Origin: Octopus sinensis
Taxonomy: Eukaryota
Length of the DNA stretch: 64,000 nucleotides
Direction of reading: 5' to 3'
Assembly: GCF_006345805.1 (NCBI RefSeq)
Contig: NC_043011.1
Coordinates: forward strand, 14,830,464 to 14,894,463
The notes beneath the pieces are model-generated. The model did no database searches. It was not told the origin of the DNA and worked only from the letters and a program-made list of their open reading frames with translations. Positions within the stretch are counted from its first letter, which is position 1, and every line of letters begins with the position of its first letter. This document shows, in pieces, positions 54,553 through 64,000 of the stretch. The position numbers and the translations under genes were made by a program.

Positions 54553-54802
54553 GTTCCTTCTCGAGCCACGCCTGGCTCATAAGGGCCGGTTTCCCGGTTT
54601 CCTTGGTGTATAGGTTCCCCTCCTGGATGGGACGCCGGTCCATCGCAGGTGAGCTGCAAGATGCAGGGGAAAGAGTGAGGGAAAGTTGTGGAGCTTAGTT
54701 GTTTTGCTCATAAACACAAACATCGCCTGGTCTGAGATTCGAACCAGTGATCTTTCGACCACGAGTCAACCACTCTAACCACTAGGCCGTGTGCCTCCAC
54801 AC
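54553..54802 (-). mobile_element. tRNA-derived SINE (family 1, internally deleted) with TSD
   Basis: ATTTGAAATACTT on both sides. Confidence 0.92.
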
Positions 54803-55420
54803 ATTTGAAATACTTAGTGATATCTGTTCAAGCTTTTTGGTGTGAGTTCAGATTCTGCCTAAGGATTCAAATCCACTGAGCCTCATGCACTAAGAGAAGT
54901 CATGATTGCAAACCACAAAAGAAAGTTCCACTGGCATCTTTCTCCAATCAGAGAGGCTCCTGTTGTCTTAACATAATTGTGTTATGGTTACAAGGGAATT
55001 AAACACCAAGAACTGCAATGATCAAAGCTGTGATCCTCCAGGATATTTCAACTCATTTGTGATTAGCTAAAAGATTTCTGAAATCTTAGAAATATTCTCC
55101 TTGATGAGAGAAAGTCATTAGCACCATGGATCTGTTAACTGTACAAAGTTTCATAATGTCAGTTTTAGATGTTAAATACAGAAAGACTGATACACCAATA
55201 TTATAACTGTTAATAATATATAAGAGTGTTTTATTAAAGTAATTAAGCCAGATTTAGTAACGAGCATTCGACTTGAACTAAAATATAAATTTCTACATAA
55301 ATTTATTGTACATAATATTGTTTTAACATTGTACACTCACTCACTTGGTTTATATGCATTAAGCCCACTCCCATGTTCATTAAATTATCATAATTAATAA
55401 TTAGCAGTATATTATGTATG

Positions 55421-55806
55421 GATGGAAGCACTCCGTTGGTTACGACGACGAGGGTTCCGGTTGATCCGATCAACGGAACAGCCTGCTCGTGAAATTAACG
55501 TGTAAGTGGCTGAGCACTCCACAGACACGTGTACCTTTAACGTAGTTCTCGGGGATATTCAGCATGACACAGAGAGTGACAAGGCCGGCCCTTTGAAATA
55601 CAGGTACAACAGAAACAGGAAGTAAGAGTGAGAGAAAGTTGTGGTGAAAGAGTACAGCAGGGATCACCACCATCCCCTGCCGGAGCCTCATGGAGCTTTA
55701 GGTGTTTTCGTTCAATAAACACTCACAACGCCCGGTCTGGGAATCGAAACCGCGATCCTACGACTGCGAGTCCGCTCTCCTAACCACTGGGCCATTGCGC
55801 CTCCAC
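55421..55806 (-). mobile_element. tRNA-derived SINE (family 1 head, distinct hairpin-bearing tail) with TSD
   Basis: ATATTATGTATG on both sides; tail hairpin GTTCC-G-GTTGATC-C-GATCAAC-GGAAC at 55454-55479. Confidence 0.92.
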
Positions 55807-56072
55807 ATATTATGTATGAAGTGGTTCAGTAATACATAGATTTTTGATTTCTAATCACAGCAATCATACACAGAATTGGCTAATTTTTTGCATTTCCATT
55901 AATCTAACTGATGGAAAAGAGAGCTGAATATTCCAAGAAAGAAATGTATTTATACACAAAGCATGAATTAGCAAAGAGATGAATAACATTATTACAATAT
56001 CTAGAATATATGTGAACAAAACAAAATCCTCTTAATGGTAACTGAAGTTATAATACAAAAACAATTTAAACA

Positions 56073-56110
<38 letters not shown>

Positions 56111-56564
56111 ACCTACAGACCAAACATAGATTGGGTTAATATCAATAGGAAAAAGACTTCACAGTGGTGTCTGTATTTGATGGGTGAGATCAAGCTGGAC
56201 AGAAGAGGTGACAGAATTTAGTGAGAAAAGCTGTGAGGATGTGATTTAGCATGGCAAAGGTTGACATTGGTAGCGGAAATGGTTGATGTTAACCTAGATA
56301 AAATTTGTCATAATTCTTACAAGTAGGTTAATTGGTCATTGATAATGTATTTATTCCAAAATGGAGTGAAATTTTGTTTCTGAGAGTTACTGTTTCAACA
56401 ACAGTAATGTTAAAACCTAATCAAGTGCAACCAATTAATTTTCACCAGTATTTATCACATGCCAGAAGCAGGATATCTGATATTTTTAGGGTATGATGAA
56501 TGTGAATGTGTGTGATATACACTTTTCTTAAATACTAATGTATTTAAGTTTAAGTGAAATATAA

Positions 56565-56870
56565 TGGAGGCGCAATGGCTCAGTGGTTAGGGCAGCGGAC
56601 TCACGGTTGGAGGATCACGGTTTTAATTCCCAGACCGGGCGTTGTGTGAGTTTATTGAGCAAAAACACCTAAAGTTCCACGAGGCTCCAGCAAGGGTGGT
56701 GTCGATCCCTGTACTATTTCGCCGCGACTTTCCCTCACTCTTTCTTCTGTTGGCCTGCTGTCTTAGCCAGCGGGGTGGCGTCATTTGAAGGCTAAAACAA
56801 TGCGAAGCGCATTGTGACCAGCGATGTGTAGCGACATCTGGTAGCCTGGTCAGTCACGTGATCACGTGAT
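56565..56870 (+). mobile_element. tRNA-derived SINE (family 1 head, (CACGTGAT)n tail)
   Basis: GGAGGCGCAATGGCTCAGTGGTTAGGGCAGCGGACTC head; ends GTCACGTGATCACGTGAT. Confidence 0.88.
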
Positions 56871-56984
56871 AATGATTATACAACAGAAAGTAAAATCCAT
56901 GTGTCAGAAAATTACCTAGTAATTTTGGCACTAAATATCTTATGACAAAATATATGCAGGAAAATAAATTGAATTTAATAAGGT

Positions 56985-57160
56985 AAGCATAGCTGTGTAA
57001 TTAAAAAGTTTTTCTTCTTAACCATGTAGTTTTTGGTTCAGTCCCACTTGGGTAAGTGTCTTCTACTATAGTCTCAGGAAAACCCAAGTCATGTGACTGG
57101 ATTTGGAAGATAGAAGCTGAAAGGAACCCACTGTATATATATATATGTGTGTGTGCATGT
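56985..57160 (+). mobile_element. Partial SINE-like family 2 copy
   Basis: GGTTCAGTCCCACTTGGGTAAGTGTCTTCTACTATAG core. Confidence 0.7.
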
Positions 57161-57172
57161 GTATGGTCAGTG

Positions 57173-57340
57173 GTCAGTGGCAAGAGAAGAAAAGGCCAAC
57201 CAAGAACCTGCTGGCTTGACACCATCAAGAGTGATACTGGAATGGACATAGCCAATCTGAAAGAAGCAGCCAAGGATAGAACTGACTGGAGGACACTGAT
57301 CCATCGAGTAACTGAAAGTCGACTTCGACTGAGAGGATAG
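57173..57340 (+). mobile_element. RTE (BovB-like) LINE 3' end fragment
   Basis: VSGKRRKGQPRTCWLDTIKSDTGMDIANLKEAAKDRTDWRTLIHRVTESRLRLRG* matches the RTE/BovB ORF C-terminus pattern (KRRRGRQRMRWLD...DREAWRAAVHGV). Confidence 0.88.
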
Positions 57341-57631
57341 ATAGAGAGTGCATGTGTATGTGTTTAGTTGTCTTGACATCCTTTGAGTTGTAAACGAGTG
57401 TCACTGTACTACGAGTGGTATTATTCTTTTCCAATATTCTGTGGAAACATTTCTGGGTATGGGGGAAATATTACCTTGCTCGGAAGCAAATGATAGTTGG
57501 TGACAAGAAGTGTATCTGTCCATAAAAGATCTGCCTCAGTGAAAACGGTCCAATACACATGCAAGCAAGGAAAAGTGAATGTTAAATTGATAATGATGAT
57601 GATAGAGGAGAAGAAGAAGGAGAAGATGATA

Positions 57632-57667
<36 letters not shown>

Positions 57668-58371
57668 ATGGTCATGATCACCATCGTGACGATGACCCCT
57701 TTTTATTAGCCCTTTAAATATAAAAGCAAACTCGATCTGGTGTGCTTTGAATACAGGACATACAAAATTGATAAAATTAATATAAAATACTGTAAAGGAA
57801 TATTTTCTTGTCTATGTCTATTGACAAGCCTTTCTGATTTTTATCTATATTAAACAATAACAACTGGAGCAGGTATTCTGAAAGGCTATAAGGTAGTTAT
57901 TTAGTATTTTAACTGATGAACAATACAGCCATTGGTTCTAGATTTATAATGGGTCTATCTCACTTTATTCTTGATTCTGTGATTGGGAGAATAGTGGCTA
58001 TAACAGGACTTTGTTCAAAGAGCATCTTTTTTTTTCCTGTGCATGTCTATATCTTTCACTGATATACTTTGGTGAAAAATACACACACACAAGCACACAC
58101 AAATATTTAAGGTGGTACTCCAGTATGACCACAGTCAAATGACTGAAACTAGTAAAAGAATATACATATATATACATAAAGATAAGATCGTTAATTCAAA
58201 AATAAAATAACGATTTTTTCAAGTGGGAAAATAACTTTCAAAAGTAATAAGTATTAAAATTATAAATTAGGGTATCAAGGTGGTTCTAGAGTCAGATCAT
58301 GGCTGCTATTTTCAGCATGGTGGTATCTCGTAAATACCCTAATTTATAATTTTAATATATATATATTACGT

Positions 58372-58556
58372 ACAGGTGGCACGTAAAAAGCACCCACTAC
58401 ACTCACGGAGTGGTTGGCGTTAGGAAGGGCATCCAGCCGTAGAAACACTGCCAGATCAGACTGGGCCTGATGCAGCCTTCTGGCTTCCCAGACCCCAGTT
58501 GAACCGTCCAACCCATGCTAGCATGGAAAGCGGACGCTAAATGATGATAATGATGA
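58372..58556 (+). mobile_element. Family 3 retroposon 3' part
   Basis: GGTGGCACGTAAAAAGCACCC...GGAAAGCGGACGCTAAATGATGAT. Confidence 0.9.
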
Positions 58557-58641
58557 TATCATTTTAATAAATAACTAAGTAAACATTTTAATGTCCTAAA
58601 GTTGATGAACCAAATATTGTGCTTCTCCATTTTCTTATTTG

Positions 58642-58690
<49 letters not shown>

Positions 58691-60659
58691 TAAGTATATA
58701 TGGAATATGTTAACTAACTAGAGTGGGTGTGAAGAGTAAGACGTTGATAACCTGGAGTTCCATGTCATTAGCCATTTATTGGATGGCTCCAAAAGAAAAC
58801 AAATCAGTTGTGATACAAGAAGTGTTAAGGTATTCGTTATCCTAAAAGGAAGACAGGTAAAGTTAACCTCAGGGGAATTTGAACTCAGAACATAATGATG
58901 GACAAAATGTTGCTAAGCATTTTTCTCAGGTGCTAACGACTCTGTCTACTTGCTATCCTATTCTCTGAAAAATATCAATTTATGATAGTGTAAGTGCTTG
59001 GCTTTAGCACATATTTTTATAAATACCATGAGGACAGATGGCAAAATCAACCTTAAAGCAGATTTGAATTCATAAAATCAAGTTCATTGAATATTGCAAA
59101 TCATTTTATCAGACTATCTAGCAATTCTGACACCTGTCCTTTTGACACCTGTGGAAATGAATCTGTGAGAAAGAAACAAGAAACAATTAACGACATCTAA
59201 TAATTGCTAATATATACCATTACTCTCAGACAACGAGCACCATTTATATATATCTGTGGTATGCAGCCTAAACCTGTTCCTTGGACAATTAGTCACCTAA
59301 TTATTATTAATTAGTCATGAGTCTAATGATAACATTTACAATCATTTGTAATAGCAGAAAAACAATGTTTGCAAACAACTGCTGCATTAATTGACAAAAA
59401 GTATTCCTTAGAGTGTAGCAGTGATAGACCCGTTATCAGATTTTGGTGCTTAGGGGTGCTTCAGAATATCCTGGGTGGGCACTAATTTGTAATAATTCTA
59501 AAGTGGAGTTTTAAAATAAGTATTTCACTGTAAATCTGATGGTGCACCACCATTGAATAGTGAGGGAGCAGTGCCGTCCAGTACACCCCCTTAGCAATGA
59601 GCATGAGCAGTGATGTGCTATATATATATATATATATATAGTTTGAGGAGGCAAGAAAAGAATGGCCTAGTGATATCTGGAGCATATAAGGCTGTTGTTT
59701 AACCTGAGATTAATCCTAGTTAAGAAGACCTTTAATGTGGTCATCTCACCTTTTCAGGGTCAAGTAAAACTGCATTATTCAACATGTCCTGCAGGACAAA
59801 AATTTGAGGGAAATTTGACTGATCTTTCAACCTGTTCGAGTTACTATGTAAAACATTCCTTTTTGGCTTGCTAGGCCATTCATATCAAGTACATCAAAGG
59901 TATTCGAGCCATGACCAGACCACCTTGTTTTTCAAGTATAATGTAACTAGTACAGTACACCATACAATATGATTTCTGTTAAGGACAATAAACTAATAGA
60001 AATAGCAACTAGTGGAAATTTGGTTGCTATTTCTAGCAATTCAAACAACCAAATATGGGCTCCATTGTTTGTTCGTAGCATTAGAGCATTAGATGTGATT
60101 GGCATTTAATGAGAATTATGATATGTGAAAGAAAGGGGAAATCTGTTAAGCAGGAAGGAGATGATTGCAAGCACCTGAGTTATGACATAATCAATACAAT
60201 CGATGATAAAGATTATATTAGCTGATGAGAAACAATATTTGATACCTATTCAATAAGGAGTGGAAGAAACATGTAGAATGATTACATAATCTAAAGATTA
60301 TCGGAAATAAATTACAAATGAATTTATAACAATGCTTGTTGTTTGACACAAGTGTTATTATTATACTGACTGTGTTATTTAAATAACATTTAAATATGTT
60401 GAATTCATGAGAGCACCGGATACAATGCCTAGAAGTATTTGTTCGGGTTCTCTCTGATCTGAGTTCAAATTTCTCCGAGGTCAGTTTTGCTTTCACCTTT
60501 CTTGTGTTGATCAGTAAAAACCATTACTGGTATTCAGCTGTTTGTCTGTCTCTGTGAATTATCTGCATTGTACTGAGAGAAGAGCAGCCACTCATAACGT
60601 CCCTTTCTTCAGAACAAGTGATTTGTTGACAAAGATGATAACAATTATTTTCTAAAAAA

Positions 60660-60895
60660 GCACCATCCTGTTGTGGCCATTTGCCAGCCTTGTCTGGCAC
60701 CTGTTCCGGTGGCACGTAAAAGCACCCACTACACTCTCGGAGTGGTTGGCGTTAGGAAGGGCATCCAGCTGTAGAAACATTGCCAGATCAGACTGGGCCT
60801 GGTGCAGCCATCTGGCTTCCCAGACCCCAGTTGATCCGTCCAACCCATGCTAGCATGGAAAGCGGACGCTAAACGATGATGATGATGATGATGAT
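60660..60895 (+). mobile_element. Family 3 retroposon 3' part
   Basis: Nearly identical to 58372-58556, with a (GAT)n tail. Confidence 0.9.
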
Positions 60896-60969
60896 ATAGA
60901 ACCTAATAGACAGGTCGAATTGCAGAAAGTACAAAAAAAGAATAAATAAATAAAACAGAAGTGGGGTAT

Positions 60970-61340
60970 AGGTGCAGGCATAGCTGTATGGTAAGAAGCT
61001 TGCTTCTCAACTGCATGGTTCTGGGTTCAGTCTCAAGGTATGACATCTTGGGCAAGTGTCTTCTACTATAGCCTCGGGCCGACCAAAGCCTTGTAAGTGG
61101 ATTTGGTAGACAGAAACTGAAAGAAACCTGTTGTATATATATGCATATATAAGTGCATTTGTCCCCCACTACCACGTGACAATCAATGTTGGTGTGTTTA
61201 AGTCCCCATAACTTAGTGGTTCAGCAAAAAGGTCTGACAGAATAAGTATCAGGCTTAAAAAGAAATACTAGTGTTGATTTAACTCTTCAAGGCGATGTTC
61301 CAGCATGGTCGCAGTCTAATGAGTGAAACAAGTAGAATAT
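60970..61340 (+). mobile_element. SINE-like repeat family 2
   Basis: Head to GACTGAAACAAGTA-like tail. Confidence 0.85.
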
Positions 61341-61972
61341 ATATAAAAAAAAATAATATATGTGTATGGTGCACAGAATAAAAAGAGCTGTGACTTTTGT
61401 TATAGGTTTCCAGGTGCTTCTTAGATTACACTTTATTTGTGAAAGCTAAAGCGAAACAAGCTTTGCATACAAAGAGCAAATTGTATATTGAAATTTGCCT
61501 CCATTTAGCGACAAGTAAATCTACATCAATACAAAAATAATAAAACAACCATCGATTAGCTTCTGATACAATCTTCAACACTTTCAGTTGACACAATTCT
61601 GAATGTCGGTGAACCAACTGCACTTATTAGCCCAACACGCAAGACATAACCATTTAGACTAATTAGCAGTATATTCTGCAACAATACAGGAAACAAAATG
61701 ACTAATTAACACCTTGGTTTTCAGCTCAAACGCACTGTACGCATTTTATTGAGTTTTCTTAATTCTATGTATGTATGTTACTGGTTAAAAGAAGATCTTT
61801 GGGGAATGTTTCAAACTGGCAGCAAATGAAAGCTGTGCTCCAGCATGGCCTTAAGCTGCAATAAAGAACTGAGAAAAATATACTCAAGGAAAAATTAATT
61901 GCTATATAATTAAAACAGTAGAACCAGCATACATGAAAATTCTAGATAGTAAAAAAACATTAATATAACTTA

Positions 61973-62344
61973 GGCGCAGGAGTGGCTGTGTGGTAAGTAG
62001 CTTGCTTACCAGCCACATGGTTCCGGGTTCAGTCCCACTGCATGGCACCTTGGGCAAGTGTCTTCTACTATAGCTTCGGGCCGACCAAAGCCTTGTGAGT
62101 GGATTTGGCAGACGGAAACTGAAAGAAGCCCGTCGTATATATGTGTATATATATGTGTGCATTTGTGTGCCTGTGTTTGTCCCTCCAACATTGCTTGACA
62201 ACTGATGCTTTAGCGATTTGGCAAAAGAGACCGATGGAAAAAGTACTAGGCTTACAAAGAATAAGACCTGGGGTCGATTTGCTCGACTAAAGGCGGTGCT
62301 CCAGCATGGCCACAGTCAAATGACTGAAAGAAGTAAAAGAGTAA
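61973..62344 (+). mobile_element. SINE-like repeat family 2, best preserved copy
   Basis: GGCGCAGGAGTGGCTGTGTGGTAAGTAGC..GGTTCAGTCCC head; ends AAGTAAAAGAGTAA. Confidence 0.92.
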
Positions 62345-62676
62345 TAACTCAACTACAACACTATACTCAAATAAAAAATAGTACTACCTGTAGAAGTTTA
62401 CAGTGTAATATTTAACGGGGTCAGGAAATAGTATATAGCTGTGATTATGGATGAAACATATTTCATTGATTACCAATGTGACCAAGGTCTTCTCAGATAG
62501 AACTTTGCTGAGACTACAAAGCAAAATAGATCTGCTCCGTTAAGATACACAAGAGACTACAAAACAACAATAACATAAGTTTCTTCAACCAATAGTCACC
62601 AGAGACTAAATAACAATAAGATAGGTTTGCTCAAAGATCATCCTCTACAAACTAATCAACAACATCAGTAACAAAG

Positions 62677-62707
<31 letters not shown>

Positions 62708-62723
62708 GCAGCAGCAGCATTCA

Positions 62724-63057
62724 GTGGAGGCACAATGGCCCAGCGGTTAAGGCAGCGGCTCGCGGTCGGAGTATCACGGTTTCGATTCGCATACTGGGCG
62801 TTGTGTGTGTTTATTGAGCGAAAACACCTAAAGCTCCACGAGACTCTGGCAAGGGGTGGTGGCGACCCCTGTTGTACTCTTTCTTCCTGTTTCTTGTCCC
62901 CAACTTCCTACACAACCGCTGAGCCTGGATGCGCATTCATCCATCCGTCAATGCTCTCGATTTTGGGGGTTGACCTGCTTTCTCTTCTGCAGGTTTTATG
63001 AATAGCAAAGGACCACGTTTTGGACTTCTCCCAAACACTCAACAAACAAACAAACAA
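62724..63057 (+). mobile_element. tRNA-derived SINE (family 1, (CAAA)n tail)
   Basis: Homologous to 41466-41843. Confidence 0.9.
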
Positions 63058-63546
63058 GTAGCAGCAGCAGTTTCTGATTTAGGCACAAGGGCAGCACTTT
63101 TGAGGGGAAATGATTAGTCAACATCATCGAGTCTTGTACTTGACTGCTACTGTATTTTATCAGCTCCTCAAGGATGAAAGGAGAAGTGGAACCTAGTGAG
63201 ATTTGAACTTAGAATGTAAATTATTGATATCAAATTCTGACACAAAGCCAGAAATTTCAAGAAAAAGGTTAAGTCAATTACATTGACCCCCAGTACTCAA
63301 CTGGTACTTGATTTATTGACTCTGAAAGGATAAGAGGCAAAGTTGGCCCCTGCAGAATTTAAACACAGAATATAGAGATGGACAAAATGCTTAGCAGCAT
63401 TTTGGCCAGCCTGCTAATGATTCTGCTAGCTTGCTGCTTTACCTTAAGTAAATACTGGTTTCAAATTTTGGCACTAGGCCAGCAATTTTTGTGGTGGTGG
63501 GGTTAAGTTGATTAAATTGATTCCAATACTCAATGCCTTACCTTAA

Positions 63547-63748
63547 CCCTTTCATTACCAACCTGGCCAAAACCGCCTCTGGCTCTATAGTACAAATGTC
63601 TTGTTTTCTTAAGTTTGAATTAAAATCTTCCACCAAACCTTAGTCACTAGCTTAATGGTAACTAAGTTATTTTACTAAATTCTTTGTTATATTTAAAATA
63701 ATTGAAAGAAACACAGAGCATCTCAAAATAAATACGGTAATATAAGGG
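63547..63748. mobile_element. piggyBac-type MITE
   Basis: TTAA|CCCTTTCATTACC...GGTAATATAAGGG|TTAA. Confidence 0.85.
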
Positions 63749-63952
63749 TTAAGTAAATATTGCAAAGTGGTTTTGTTTATTGATCTAACTTTTCTACCAA
63801 TTCAATGAACATACCATATCATTTTCAAGCTATTGCAGCAAATTTTACAATGGTACAGATTGCAAATTAAAAGCATATCACACCAGTGTTGCTAACAGTT
63901 AAGTGTCTTGAAAACTTATATCTAAGTGTTTTTAATTTCTTTCAAGATTTAA

Positions 63953-64000
63953 CCCTTTCATTACCAACCCGGTTGAAACCGGCTCTGGCTTTGAGTACAA
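63953..64000. mobile_element. piggyBac-type MITE, second copy cut by the window end
   Basis: TTAA|CCCTTTCATTACCAACC start shared with the 63547 copy. Confidence 0.8.

Overview
Eukaryotic, strongly AT-rich genomic DNA dominated by microsatellites and interspersed repeats. The repeat landscape ((TA)n, (TACA)n, (CAT)n, tRNA-headed SINEs, RTE tails) looks like an Octopus/coleoid cephalopod genome; this is inferred from pattern, not a database result. No prokaryotic features (CRISPR, operons) are present. Nearly all long ORFs in the supplied track are translations of simple repeats or SINEs. Solid features: a decayed mariner (D,D34D) transposase at ~37.6-38.7 kb, two RTE-LINE C-terminal fragments plus a probable RTE 5' region, four or more SINE-like families (several with clear target-site duplications), piggyBac-type and other MITEs, a foldback element and a 64-bp minisatellite. 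A host gene cannot be named; only weak isolated exon candidates are visible. The most interesting signal is hammerhead-ribozyme-like RNA on the minus strand. One near-canonical minimal type I hammerhead sits inside a TIR-bounded element (50233-50291). A four-copy repeat family carries a dimer-type hammerhead variant with an unusual CUGUAGA core, including a head-to-tail tandem pair at 18.3-18.7 kb, an arrangement typical of Penelope-like elements and retrozymes.
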